Shown: piece by piece, positions 17,866 through 27,322 of the stretch
Position numbering within the stretch: position 1 is the first letter of the stretch
Layout of the letters: each line of letters opens with the position of its first letter
IMG/VR virus record: IMGVR_UViG_3300012943_000685
Location: 1 to 48,639 of that record
Source: a virus
Taxonomy: Duplodnaviria; Caudoviricetes
Strand: one strand, 5' to 3'
Length of the DNA: 48,639 nt
Notes under the pieces: generated by a model
Seen by the model: the letters and a program-made list of their open reading frames with translations, nothing else
Told to the model about the DNA's origin: nothing
The model's database searches: none
Made by a program: the position numbers and the translations under genes

Positions 17866-18213
17866 ATGATCTGCGCCTTCTGCCTGGAACCGATCAATGA
17901 AGGGGCGCGTGTATGCAAAGCCTGCACCCGCAAGCAGCCTATGTGTGATGCTCAGCGGTCATTGATGCGAAGGATGGCCCTCCGCCTTGGCATCGCGGCG
18001 TTGGTTGTGGGTGCGTTAGCGCTTTGGCTTACGAATGCCATAGCGAGAACTGGCGCCGTCGATGGCACGTTCGCCTATTTAAGTTATCGTTGCCCCGCGC
18101 TGAAAATGCCGAAGGAAACCGTTGAGATTGAGATCGCCCGCCAGCATACGGTCGGCACGAGTTGGAAATCCGCCACCGAAGCGGTGATTAAGCAGTATTG
18201 CCCACGCCCCTAA
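17866..18213 (+). CDS. Antisense moron: Zn-ribbon plus single-TM membrane protein
   Basis: CAFC-x10-CKAC, TM LGIAALVVGALALWL; paralog of 46131-46553. Confidence 0.75.
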   Translation: MICAFCLEPINEGARVCKACTRKQPMCDAQRSLMRRMALRLGIAALVVGALALWLTNAIARTGAVDGTFAYLSYRCPALKMPKETVEIEIARQHTVGTSWKSATEAVIKQYCPRP

Positions 18214-18515
18214 ACAAACTGGCTCATCCCTTCGATCTTCCCCCCGGTCAGCGCCATGAACTGTTCCATTTCTTCTGGCGTCGTTATGGCGGCGGATCGG
18301 CTCGGGTCTTCGACTGGCGGAGCACTTGGCATTGCCGGGTTGATTGACCGGGCGATGCGCTCATGCACCGGCGGATAGTCTTTCCAGTATCGCCACAGCC
18401 GGTTCACATCCAACCAAGTCATTTCACGCATCTGCGGGAACGTGTAGCCGCACGCCGTAGCCATGCGGCCATAGATCAGGTCGAAATCTATTTCGTTCCC
18501 GCCGCGGCTTCCCCC
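18210..18515 (-). CDS. Tail assembly chaperone C-terminal part (gpT-like), probably reached by -1 frameshift
   Basis: The -1 frame is open from GGGGGAA and reads GSRGGNEIDFDLIYGRMATACGYT...YWKDYPPVH. Confidence 0.75.
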   Translation of the reverse strand, partial: GGSRGGNEIDFDLIYGRMATACGYTFPQMREMTWLDVNRLWRYWKDYPPVHERIARSINPAMPSAPPVEDPSRSAAITTPEEMEQFMALTGGKIEGMSQFV

Positions 18516-18838
18516 GGCTCGTCCGATGCTCCCTCGGGTTTGGCGTCTTTCGGAATCAACCCGGCATATTCGAGGATCGCGTTGTGCGCATCGGTCAGTT
18601 CGTTGCCGAGCGCCTGGGACGCTGCCAAACCATCAGGCGTCATCTCGGGATAATCAGCCACGAGCGCCGAGGAGATGACCTCGCGCCGGACACGCCATAC
18701 GACGCGGGTACGTTCCTGCGGCGTGACTGCGGTTTCGAGCAGTCCGGCATTGAGCGCGCTGATCTCTTCGACCTGCCCGACCAGGAGGGGGCGGATCGTG
18801 AAGACCCGCCCGCCCAGTGTGATTTCACAATTCTTCAT
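18488..18838 (-). CDS. Tail assembly chaperone (gpG-like)
   Basis: ITLGGRVFTIRPL; ends PGE-AAAGTK over a slippery site; between tail tube and tape measure. Confidence 0.8.
   Translation of the reverse strand: MKNCEITLGGRVFTIRPLLVGQVEEISALNAGLLETAVTPQERTRVVWRVRREVISSALVADYPEMTPDGLAASQALGNELTDAHNAILEYAGLIPKDAKPEGASDEPGEAAAGTK
18509..18515 (-). other. Programmed -1 ribosomal frameshift site G GGG GAA
   Basis: Slippery sequence just before the gpG-like stop; the -1 frame joins the downstream ORF. Confidence 0.7.
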
Positions 18839-18841
18839 CGG

Positions 18842-19594
18842 TTAGCCCACGTTCCCATAGCCGAACTCAAGCACTTCACCAGCGTCGTCTTGGCTGGCGT
18901 TGAAGTCGATTTCCGGCATGTCGAAATCGGAGATTTTGAACGAGTGCTGCAATTTGGAGGAAATACAGCGGCGGAATCCGACATAGAACCCGTTGCCCTG
19001 TGTCTGTATCCAATAGCTCAAACGGAAATATGGCGTCGTACCAATTGGCTGGGCCTTGATGATCTGGGTCTGACCGTTGGTCGCGTCTTTGTACCGATAG
19101 GAAATGCCGACCTTTCGGTTCGCATCAGCCGCGGCGAAGGTATAGACACCCGTCGCTTTCACGTATGAATACTGTCCAGTCGCAGGCGCGGAGGCGACCA
19201 ATTGGAGCGGGAGCCCGGTTGTACCGTCGACGACTTCTTCATTCTCGATGAAGCTCGCCGCATTGGCGACTGTGACGGTCCACGGGGTCGAAGCGGGGAC
19301 CGCTGCGGATTCGCGCACAGCCATTTTTGTGGTGCCCGTCGTGAAGGTGCCCCCGAACATCGCGGCATTTAGAGCAATGCCCGAGATTGTTGCGGCTTTG
19401 ACTTTGCCGGTAAGCTTGCGCGTACCAATCGCTGTCATAAGAGCAAAATCAGTTTCGCCGTAAAGATCCTTCTGCTCTGCGGAGATGCCGAATTCGAAGC
19501 TGTTCGCCTTGCCGATATTGACCGGCGTGGAGTTTGCAATGTCCATGCGCTGAATGAACAGCACACCCGGACCAAATTGTCCCATAAGGGCCAT
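18842..19594 (-). CDS. Major tail (tube) protein
   Basis: QFGPGVLF, KDLYGET, APATGQYS..GVYTFAAAD, KISDFDMPEIDF. Confidence 0.85.
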   Translation of the reverse strand: MALMGQFGPGVLFIQRMDIANSTPVNIGKANSFEFGISAEQKDLYGETDFALMTAIGTRKLTGKVKAATISGIALNAAMFGGTFTTGTTKMAVRESAAVPASTPWTVTVANAASFIENEEVVDGTTGLPLQLVASAPATGQYSYVKATGVYTFAAADANRKVGISYRYKDATNGQTQIIKAQPIGTTPYFRLSYWIQTQGNGFYVGFRRCISSKLQHSFKISDFDMPEIDFNASQDDAGEVLEFGYGNVG

Positions 19595-19597
19595 GAC

Positions 19598-19783
19598 TTA
19601 ATTCTCCTCTTGGATGCGCCGCTTCAGATCGTCTTTAGCAGCAATGGTGTGGTTCCAGGCGTCGGTGTCTCGGGCGACTGGACTGTTGGGGAAGTGATCG
19701 AGAAACCACCGATCAATGATCGCGTTGACACGCGATTCCGTGGGCTCCGGCGTTTCCGCCGGTGCGCTGTCTTCTTTCGTCAT
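19598..19783 (-). CDS. Small hypothetical protein
   Basis: 61 aa, RBS GGAG, in operon. Confidence 0.7.
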   Translation of the reverse strand: MTKEDSAPAETPEPTESRVNAIIDRWFLDHFPNSPVARDTDAWNHTIAAKDDLKRRIQEEN

Positions 19784-19795
19784 GTGAGTGCTCCG

Positions 19796-20245
19796 TCAGG
19801 AAACCAGCGAGAGAATTTCAAGCTGGATGGATGCGAGGTGTTGGCGCTGCACCTCGGTTGTGTGATCGCCAAAGTCCTTTCGGACATGCTTGACCCGGCA
19901 AGCCAGAACGAGACCGTCGAGCGTGTTCCATGGCCCATCAGGATCGGATGGGAACAACGCTTCGACGCGATCACAGAGCGGGTTCAATCGCTGCGCGCCC
20001 GAAACGCCTTTGTTCTTTGTGGTTTGGGCGCCGATTATCAGCCAGAACTCAGTTGATCGCTTTACCGGCGTTTCTGAGAGATCGTTGCTCGCGTCCATTT
20101 CGTATTGCATCAGGACCGGCTGCTGAGGCGTCGGAAACTGTGAGATGTCTTTGACTTCGTCCGTCACCGTTACGAACGTGCCCTCACCCTTGAGGACATG
20201 TAATTGTGCGAGCAGCGCAGCCGCGATTTCGGTGTGCGTGCTCAT
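19796..20245 (-). CDS. Tail terminator/completion protein (putative)
   Basis: 149 aa, NTLDGLV motif, just upstream of the tail tube gene. Confidence 0.65.
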   Translation of the reverse strand: MSTHTEIAAALLAQLHVLKGEGTFVTVTDEVKDISQFPTPQQPVLMQYEMDASNDLSETPVKRSTEFWLIIGAQTTKNKGVSGAQRLNPLCDRVEALFPSDPDGPWNTLDGLVLACRVKHVRKDFGDHTTEVQRQHLASIQLEILSLVS

Positions 20246-20709
20246 GTGGTGAATTCCTCGATCATGGCGCCGCGCACGCCCCCTACAATGGCAAGCCTCT
20301 GATCGGCCAAAGTCGATCGCGCGTAAGAGCGTTCGGGCAAGGTGATTGTGTGCGGCTTCGTAAATTGGGTGAAGATGCGCTTGCCATCACGACCGACGAA
20401 TGATTGCGGCTTGCTGGAACCTGGATGGGTGAAGGTTACGCCCCATTCTTGTGCAGCAGCATATGGCACGCCCTGCGTAAAGACCCGTCCCATGACCTGG
20501 TTCGCGGTGGAACGGGTATCGTTGCGCAGACTTCCCGCAAGCCGTCCTGTGCCCGGTTTGAAGGTAATGCCTATCTTCGATATCTCACCCTCGTTCAACG
20601 TCTGCGTGAGTTGCGGAATGACGATGGCCAGACGCTTCATCACCCGCTCAGGGATGGCGTTGATGTTAGCTATTGTGGTGGGGACACCAGCGACGACAAT
20701 ATCGTACAT
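20242..20709 (-). CDS. Neck/tail completion protein (HK97 gp10-like)
   Basis: TGRLAGSL, VPYAAAQEWG, LPERSYAR. Confidence 0.8.
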   Translation of the reverse strand: MYDIVVAGVPTTIANINAIPERVMKRLAIVIPQLTQTLNEGEISKIGITFKPGTGRLAGSLRNDTRSTANQVMGRVFTQGVPYAAAQEWGVTFTHPGSSKPQSFVGRDGKRIFTQFTKPHTITLPERSYARSTLADQRLAIVGGVRGAMIEEFTT

Positions 20710-20718
20710 GGCCAGGCC

Positions 20719-21399
20719 TCAAATGAATTGGCGCAGGAGCCCCGCGATAGGCACGACTGCGAATTGCGCCTGCGCTTTGTCTTCAAATGCCTTCACAAGG
20801 GACCGGTAGGCGCTGGATCGCTGCGAATACGATTCCCGCATGTCGCGGCTGGAGCTATCGGCGTCGCGCGCATATTTGGCGGCCAGTGATCGGCACACCT
20901 CTGCGGCGGCTCCATATGGGCTGCCGCGCATGTCGAGGGAAAAGGTTATCTCTTCATCAGAGACCAACCCGTCATCGCTGTTCGTATCCCCAATCAGGAA
21001 CCGAACCGCATCCTTGGGCGACGTTTTGGGGTTGCCGGAATAGGTCCAGTGATTGACGCCGACCAGCAGGCGGCCGGAAATGACGGTGACGACATTGCCG
21101 TCAGGATCGGTGACGCGGGCCTCATGGATGAGGTTGGCCGGGAGCCCCGCGCTATCGGCGGCGGCGATATGGACCAGACAAATCCCGTCCGTTCCATCGG
21201 TGGCGAGGTCTATCCCGCCCGATCCTGATTTGGTTTTGGTGATGGCCGGTGGCGACGTGAGATCGACCCGCGCCGTCCACACGATGTCCTGCACGCCGGA
21301 GAGATCGAATACGGTGCTGGCGTCCGCCATGATGGCGAGACGGAGCACCGCGTCGTTTCCGGCATACAGTTCAAAATTGGGCGGCTCCAGCTGGGGCAT
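20719..21399 (-). CDS. Fusion of a BppU-like beta domain and a head-tail adaptor domain
   Basis: N-half AGND...FDLSG...TKT...G; C-half WTYSGNP..SPKDAVRFLIGDT...SDEEI. Confidence 0.65.
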   Translation of the reverse strand: MPQLEPPNFELYAGNDAVLRLAIMADASTVFDLSGVQDIVWTARVDLTSPPAITKTKSGSGGIDLATDGTDGICLVHIAAADSAGLPANLIHEARVTDPDGNVVTVISGRLLVGVNHWTYSGNPKTSPKDAVRFLIGDTNSDDGLVSDEEITFSLDMRGSPYGAAAEVCRSLAAKYARDADSSSRDMRESYSQRSSAYRSLVKAFEDKAQAQFAVVPIAGLLRQFI

Positions 21400-21404
21400 G
21401 GCGG

Positions 21405-21914
21405 TCAGGCCGAGGCAGAGGTGAGCGTGATCGTGACGGTCAGCGTGTCGCCGCTGATAAGGCTGCGAGACGTGCCGAAGTCTGCGGCGCCGTAGAGAAC
21501 GCCGGATGTGCCGGTCGCCACGGTGGCGAGGAACGCGCCTGTCACTGTGACCGTGGCATTGATCGCAAACGACGCTTTGCTGGCCGAATTATCGACGGAC
21601 TGGCCGGAGACCGAGCCCAGCGTGAGTGCTTGCCGGTTGCCGGTATAGCCGGTCACCTCGGACCATGCTCCATGGGATGCCAGCGTATCCCCAGCGGCTG
21701 GCGTGCCCGTTCCTTTCAGCCCGACATAGAACGCGGCGGTGTAGCCGCTGCCCTTGAAATATTTCGACAGCAGATCGTCCAGCCCACCATTGGCGACGAG
21801 GTTATGAATTTCCTCGGTCCATTTGATGTTGCCGTCTTTGTCCCGCGCCTCGAAGTGATAGAGCGAACTCATCTTCACGGCGCCCAAGAGATGGGCTGCG
21901 CTCACATGTTCCAT
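21405..21914 (-). CDS. Virion structural protein (fibre/collar-like)
   Basis: HNLVANGG..LL, YVGL, SEVTGY..RQ, GVLY, GDTLTVT. Confidence 0.7.
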   Translation of the reverse strand: MEHVSAAHLLGAVKMSSLYHFEARDKDGNIKWTEEIHNLVANGGLDDLLSKYFKGSGYTAAFYVGLKGTGTPAAGDTLASHGAWSEVTGYTGNRQALTLGSVSGQSVDNSASKASFAINATVTVTGAFLATVATGTSGVLYGAADFGTSRSLISGDTLTVTITLTSASA

Positions 21915-21916
21915 GT

Positions 21917-22861
21917 TCAGTTGACCTTGCCTTTGAGGTTGAAGGAGAGCGTCACGGTGCCGGTTAGGTCGACGCTGGAAGGTGATTTGCCGGTGAGATC
22001 GGTGACGGGGTGCGCCATGCCGCTGAGGTCGATGACGCGGGGCGGCAGGCCCCCTGTGGATGCGAAAGAGGCCATCGCAATGCGCGTGGCCAAGGTGATT
22101 GCTTCGAGCGCTGACAGTTGTGCCGAGGCCCGCGTATCGAATGTCGCGGTAAAGCCAACCTGTCCCAGAACTGCTGCGGAGGCGCTGTCCGTAATGCCCA
22201 TCAGCGCGGGCAATGCGATGGAGCCGTTCACGGTGATCTGACCGGCGGCGGACTGTGTGACCCTTACGTCAAGGCTGACAGAGGCATTGGCGCTGAGATT
22301 GGCCGCTGCGTTTTCGCCGACGCTGACCGCAAAACTGGATTGGCCCTGTGCCTGCATCTGCGCGATGGCTGACGCCACAGCGATGACGCCAAGCGTGATG
22401 GCCTCATCGTATGTGGTCCCGCCCCCGGTCGCCCCGCCGTCCGCTGCCAGCCCCACAGTGACGGCCAGCGCCGCTGCGGCTTGAGCCAGAAGTGATCCGG
22501 TTGGTGCTATGCCTGCCCCGACAGCGAGCGCGATGGCTTGGCTCGTTGTGAGCGCCGCCCCTGCACTGGCCCCAGCCGACACAGCAAATGTGACGACAGA
22601 ATTGAGCGTCGCGGCACCCGCCGCACCGATCCCTAATTGTGCTCCAAGCGTGATGGCGGCGTTCTGTGCCGCGTTGTTCGTGGTCCCCGCCCCTACTGCG
22701 GTCGAGAAAACGGCTGTTGCCGAAGCCGAAAGAGATGCCGAGTTTGAGACACCCGCTGAAATTCCAAAGGTCAGGCTCTCGTTGTACGTCGTGCCGCTCG
22801 AACCAGCGGGAGGCACTTCCGAAATGGCAAATTCTGAGATCGCACCAAAGCCAAGGCTCAT
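21917..22861 (-). CDS. Ala/Gly/Ser-rich fibrous structural protein
   Basis: N-terminal LGFGAISEFAISE; repeated GTTY(N/D)E motif; low complexity. Confidence 0.65.
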   Translation of the reverse strand: MSLGFGAISEFAISEVPPAGSSGTTYNESLTFGISAGVSNSASLSASATAVFSTAVGAGTTNNAAQNAAITLGAQLGIGAAGAATLNSVVTFAVSAGASAGAALTTSQAIALAVGAGIAPTGSLLAQAAAALAVTVGLAADGGATGGGTTYDEAITLGVIAVASAIAQMQAQGQSSFAVSVGENAAANLSANASVSLDVRVTQSAAGQITVNGSIALPALMGITDSASAAVLGQVGFTATFDTRASAQLSALEAITLATRIAMASFASTGGLPPRVIDLSGMAHPVTDLTGKSPSSVDLTGTVTLSFNLKGKVN

Positions 22862-22873
22862 AGGATCGCCTCG

Positions 22874-23314
22874 CTAGTTGGTGGGCCAGCCCTCGGTCAC
22901 GACAAAAGCGTCACATGCTTCGTTGGTCAGAAGGGCGGCGATCAGGTCTTTGAGCGCCCGGTTGCTAACCACGAGCGCGGTGTAATAGGCGCCGACATCC
23001 ATACCGAAGGCGATCATGTCCGCAGCACTCATTGCCGTGTGGCTGTTGTCACTCGCGATCCAGTAAAATCCTTCGGGCCACGCCCCGTCAGAGGCTTGTA
23101 CGGCGAGCGCCATGGCGGATGCGCCGGAGATATTGGCGCGGGATACATCGTCAACCTGATAATTAGCCCCACCATAGTTGCGCCCAGCATCAACACGCGC
23201 GACGAACTCAAAAGCCAAACGACTGATCGCATCGGCGCGAGCATCTTCAATGTCGCGCGTGTCGACCGTTTCAGAGCCGCCGCCCGTCAGATGCGTGGTG
23301 ACCTTGCTGCCCAT
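22874..23314 (-). CDS. DUF4376-like fibre-associated protein
   Basis: YQVDDVSRANI, WIASDNS...MSAADM, C-terminal GWP. Confidence 0.8.
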   Translation of the reverse strand: MGSKVTTHLTGGGSETVDTRDIEDARADAISRLAFEFVARVDAGRNYGGANYQVDDVSRANISGASAMALAVQASDGAWPEGFYWIASDNSHTAMSAADMIAFGMDVGAYYTALVVSNRALKDLIAALLTNEACDAFVVTEGWPTN

Positions 23315-24180
23315 TACAGAGATACCTCAACACCGATAAACGGGGTGTTGTTCGCTTCAGACCCGTATCCTGTTGCCGGATTTGGCAAAGAGAATTGAGA
23401 GGTGAGAAGAAAGCCAGAAACGGACCCCGTATCCGTTGTGCTGGTGATACCAAACACCGTTTTGCTCGATGGCGTGGTGCCCGAAGACACCATTCCGACT
23501 GTGGCAGCAGCAACCGACGACAAATACCCAACCCAATAGAGCCCAGGCATTTGCGTGCGCGGCATCGAAATGGATGAGGTCGCATTGTCACCCGTCACCC
23601 CGCCTACCGAGCCCACATCCAAACCGGTTTGCGAACCGAGCAACACGCTTGGGCCCGCATCATTCGCATACAGCCCTAGCGATGCTACGGCCCCTGCGTT
23701 GGCGGAGACTGTCGCTAAATTGAAGTGCAGCTTGACGAAGTTGAACGGTTCACGAATCCAGACGGGTGAAAAATGAAGCTGGTTCAGACCGGCTCCACCC
23801 GTGCCAATCTGGCGACCCTCGATAAAGGCATTGCTGTAGAGCCTGCCAGACGCGAGCCCCCAATCCATGCCAGCGATGTGCGCCGCTGGGTCTGCGAGGA
23901 AAACGGAAACTGTGCCGGTGAATGACGAAACCTGCGCACCGGAATTCGACGATGCAATTGGTGTGGAGGAACGTGCCAGCGTCTTTGCGGAATGCGTGTA
24001 GACCCCGCAATTTACCTCCCAGTTAGTTCCGTCCGTGATGAGATAGACGCAGGCATTGCCATCCCCGATCCCTGCGTTGAAAGACTGAAACCCGGTCGGC
24101 GCGGTGCCAGATAGCGTGATGGTCGATGAGCTTTGGCTCGTCGATGTGTCTTTTGTTCTGTCAGCAAATCGCAGCGCCAT
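23314..24180 (-). CDS. Fibre/receptor-binding-like structural protein
   Basis: N-terminal ADRTKDTSTS..ITLSG.APTGFQSF...WEV..G module plus a beta-rich C-terminal domain with PGLYWVG. Confidence 0.72.
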   Translation of the reverse strand: MALRFADRTKDTSTSQSSSTITLSGTAPTGFQSFNAGIGDGNACVYLITDGTNWEVNCGVYTHSAKTLARSSTPIASSNSGAQVSSFTGTVSVFLADPAAHIAGMDWGLASGRLYSNAFIEGRQIGTGGAGLNQLHFSPVWIREPFNFVKLHFNLATVSANAGAVASLGLYANDAGPSVLLGSQTGLDVGSVGGVTGDNATSSISMPRTQMPGLYWVGYLSSVAAATVGMVSSGTTPSSKTVFGITSTTDTGSVSGFLLTSQFSLPNPATGYGSEANNTPFIGVEVSL

Positions 24181-24188
24181 CGCCTACC

Positions 24189-25025
24189 TCAAATCCTGAC
24201 GCGGCGAAGCGCGAAAGCGTCTTGAATGTCTTTGACGACCTGGGCGGATTGGGCCGTGCCAGAACCGGCAAGGATCAGTTGTGCGCAGGCCAGTTTGATC
24301 GCGGCGGGCAGGCCCTCAGCGCTGAACCCGGCGACATAGTGGAGCTTCACATCGCAATAGAGCCCGCACGGTACGCAGACTTGGCCGATGCTGGCGTCGA
24401 TCTCGATCTGGGCGATGTCGATGGTCTGCCACGCGCCGGTAGGCTCAGGGATGGCGCGCTCGCCCCAGCCGAGCCCCTGTCCGTAGTCATCGAACGCAGC
24501 GGAGAGCCCGGTCGGGCCACCACGCGACCGCCATTTCGCTGATATGACCCCCGCAACCGGCTTGGCATCGACAAAGACGCGAGACGGCGTGCCGACGGTC
24601 TGGCCTGTGTGCTCAAGGAATAGGCCAGCCTCGATTGAGACGCCTGCGTCATGAGCGTGGCGCACAACGTCGAGCGTGACCGTCACGCCATCGACGGCAA
24701 CAACGGTGCATGCCTCAACCGCATCATCAGCGGCGCGGTTAAACACGATGGGCTGGCCGACCAGCGTGGCCGGTGCCCGCTTGGTCAGTGTGACGACGAC
24801 ATTCTCGCCCGCATCCACAGCGCCAACCGTCACCCATGCCATCGAAGCCGGAGCCCCGACCATGTAGCAGGGGTTGCCGTCCGCATCCGGTGCCCAGATC
24901 AGCCCCTTCTTGCGCTCAAGCGCGGCGTCGATCAGCAGCGAGGCTTGGCGCACCTGTCCAACGGTCGTGCCGGTGGGCAGTCCGTATGCCGCGTATTCGT
25001 CGGGGGACAGGTATTCGCTGGGCAT
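24189..25025 (-). CDS. Head-tail connector/adaptor protein
   Basis: YLSPDEY...ASLLIDA; YVAGF...LPAAIKLACAQL. Confidence 0.75.
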   Translation of the reverse strand: MPSEYLSPDEYAAYGLPTGTTVGQVRQASLLIDAALERKKGLIWAPDADGNPCYMVGAPASMAWVTVGAVDAGENVVVTLTKRAPATLVGQPIVFNRAADDAVEACTVVAVDGVTVTLDVVRHAHDAGVSIEAGLFLEHTGQTVGTPSRVFVDAKPVAGVISAKWRSRGGPTGLSAAFDDYGQGLGWGERAIPEPTGAWQTIDIAQIEIDASIGQVCVPCGLYCDVKLHYVAGFSAEGLPAAIKLACAQLILAGSGTAQSAQVVKDIQDAFALRRVRI

Positions 25026-25028
25026 GGA

Positions 25029-25382
25029 TTAGACCGGGGTGATTTCGCTGGTCAGCGCCTTGGCGGCGAGCAATTCACGGATCGCATCGCGGCACTCGGC
25101 CTTGTTTTTGTAGGCTTTGATGTCGAGACCAAGTTCTGTTGCGGCGGCCTGCAATTCCTTGCCGCTCAGCTTTTCTTCGGCGTCGAAGAGCCCTTCGCTG
25201 GTCAGCGCCGGGTCGTTATCGAACGGTGTGTCGTGCTGATCGCCCTCGACCGCGGAACCGGTCTCAATGAACACGTCGGCGAGATCGTCCGACATCTCAT
25301 AGACCTGGCCGGTCATGTAATTGACGACGGTGTGGCCATGCGGCGCGCCACGGTCGTCACGCAGCATCGTGACAGTTTTCAT
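25029..25382 (-). CDS. Small head-associated protein with a C-terminal HeH/Rho-N-like helical motif
   Basis: GQVYEM..DLA..FI..G.A plus ELQAAATELGLDI...KAE. Confidence 0.7.
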   Translation of the reverse strand: MKTVTMLRDDRGAPHGHTVVNYMTGQVYEMSDDLADVFIETGSAVEGDQHDTPFDNDPALTSEGLFDAEEKLSGKELQAAATELGLDIKAYKNKAECRDAIRELLAAKALTSEITPV

Positions 25383-25413
25383 GTCGAATTCCTTGGGTAT
25401 GGGGAAGAAATGG

Positions 25414-25448
25414 GAGACCGGCACTGACATGCCGACAGCGCCGGTCTC
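25414..25448 (-). terminator. Hairpin after the capsid/decoration genes (partial terminator or mRNA stabiliser)
   Basis: 13-bp stem GAGACCGGCGCTG/CAGTGCCGGTCTC with one G-U on the - strand, followed by CCATTTCTT. Confidence 0.5.
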
Positions 25449-25456
25449 TGATCGCG

Positions 25457-25906
25457 TTACGCCGGAGCGTTGCGCGGATCACCCTTGACCAGGAGCGCAG
25501 CGATGGGCGTTCCAGTGCCGTGCGTGCCGCTGAAGTCAGCCAGCAGCTTGAGGAAGCGCTTGCCGCCCTTGTAGCCGACCTCGGTCACGTCGGCGGCGGC
25601 GTGCGCCGCGATCAGCGACTTCACAATGCCACCGGTGACAGTGGTCGGTGCATCGGCGCCATAGATGTCGGCGGCGGTGACCGGCGTGAATATGCCGGGC
25701 GAACCGGCGCCATTGTCGTCGGCATGGGTCAACACGAACTCAATCTTGTTCGAGCCGTCGAAGGTGATGCCACCGATGCCGACCGCCAAGAGAATGGCGG
25801 CGGAATCGAAGCCCTGAAGATCGAACGGGGCGGGCGTGTTGTCGGCGGCGAGAGTGATAGGACCGAACATGGTAACGGCCGCGACATAGGATGCGAGGTC
25901 TCGCAT
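25457..25906 (-). CDS. Capsid decoration/cement-like protein
   Basis: DLQGFDSA, VGYKGGKRFLK; directly after the major capsid gene. Confidence 0.75.
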   Translation of the reverse strand: MRDLASYVAAVTMFGPITLAADNTPAPFDLQGFDSAAILLAVGIGGITFDGSNKIEFVLTHADDNGAGSPGIFTPVTAADIYGADAPTTVTGGIVKSLIAAHAAADVTEVGYKGGKRFLKLLADFSGTHGTGTPIAALLVKGDPRNAPA

Positions 25907-25973
25907 GGGGAGTGTCCTTTCGGAGAGGGGAGGAATGTGGGCCGGAGACGAGCCCCGGCCCGATTGGCGTCCG

Positions 25974-27311
25974 TTACGACGCGGCGAACTTCATCAGCTT
26001 GATGGCTTCGAAGTTCTGGATGCCGCCGCCGACGCGCTTGGTCGTGTAGAACAGCACATAGGGCTTGTTGGTGTAGGGATCGCGCAACGTGCGGATGCCG
26101 ACACGGTCCACGATCAGATAGGCCCGCTTGAAGTCCGCGAACGCCATCGAGAACGTGTTCGCCGCAGGGTCCGGCATATCGGGCACTTCAGTCACGGGTT
26201 TGCCCAAGAGGCGCTCAACAATGCCGTCATTGGCGAAGCTGGTGTTGATGAGGTAGTTGCCCTGCCCGTCTTTCAGCTTGCGAGCCTTGGCCAACGTCGA
26301 ATTGTTCATGGCCCAGCTCGCGTTCTTGCGATAGGCGGGCTTCAAGGCGTGGAACAGATCGACGATGGGGTCGGCACCAGCAGGCGGTGTGTCGGTGGTT
26401 TTGAAATCACCGGAGGCACCGGTCGCGACATAGCCAACCTTGCCCCATGCATAGCTGGCGTTGGCCACCGAGGGATAGGCGAGAAAGCCGAATGGCATTT
26501 TGACGCCGTTACCCGAAACAAAGGCATTGCCTTCCTGGCTGGCGAATTCGAGCGACACTTCATCGGCGATCCATTGATCGACGTTGAAGAACGCATCGTC
26601 GAGCATCGCCTGCGTCGCTGCGGGCATGGCATAAAGCTCCATGGCCGGGAACGACAATTCAAGCAGCTTGGAACCTTCGGTCTGGGGGCGGTCACCGGTT
26701 TCACCCACCCAGCCCGAATTGGTGCCGTGCGTGTTGACCAGCTTCTTGTAGACCGCAGTGCCGATCTGGCGAACCGACGCCATATCGCGGATCGGGGAAA
26801 CTTCCTTCACCGTTGCGTCGATGCTGGTTTCCATTTCAGGACGGACGGCAAACCCGCCATCGGTCGCGACCTGGGTGTTGAGCGCCTTCTGTTCGAGCGC
26901 GCGGAATTCGTCATAGCCCTCGCGGCCGGACTCGGCGTATTTGCCCTTGCGGAAATAGTCCTCGAATTTCTTCGAATATTCCGCCACTTCGGGGTCGATT
27001 TCCTTGCCCTTAGAGTCGAGCTTAGGCCGGTTCATCTTGGCGATGGCGGTGTTGACCTCTGACTTGATCTCGTTGAGCGCCGCGTTGAGCTTGTCGAGTT
27101 CTTCCTTGGTCACGACATCGGGACTGCCCTTCTCCTCGATCTGTTTGAGGCGGGCATCGTTCTTCGTCTTGAACGTCTCGAAGCCCGTCATGAACTCTTC
27201 GACGCTCTTCTTAATCTCGACGAGGGAGCCGGTGTCGTCTTTGCGTTCCAGGCCATGGGGGATGCGGCGCGCGGCCGAAAGCATCGCGCGGGTGCGAGTG
27301 TGCATGGTCAT
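25974..27311 (-). CDS. Major capsid protein, HK97 family (with delta domain)
   Basis: Coiled-coil N-terminus, DGGFAV, TQAMLDD, LKDGQGNYL, LRDPYTNKPYV, KRVGGG. Confidence 0.97.
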   Translation of the reverse strand: MTMHTRTRAMLSAARRIPHGLERKDDTGSLVEIKKSVEEFMTGFETFKTKNDARLKQIEEKGSPDVVTKEELDKLNAALNEIKSEVNTAIAKMNRPKLDSKGKEIDPEVAEYSKKFEDYFRKGKYAESGREGYDEFRALEQKALNTQVATDGGFAVRPEMETSIDATVKEVSPIRDMASVRQIGTAVYKKLVNTHGTNSGWVGETGDRPQTEGSKLLELSFPAMELYAMPAATQAMLDDAFFNVDQWIADEVSLEFASQEGNAFVSGNGVKMPFGFLAYPSVANASYAWGKVGYVATGASGDFKTTDTPPAGADPIVDLFHALKPAYRKNASWAMNNSTLAKARKLKDGQGNYLINTSFANDGIVERLLGKPVTEVPDMPDPAANTFSMAFADFKRAYLIVDRVGIRTLRDPYTNKPYVLFYTTKRVGGGIQNFEAIKLMKFAAS

Positions 27312-27322
27312 TTTGGGGTCTT

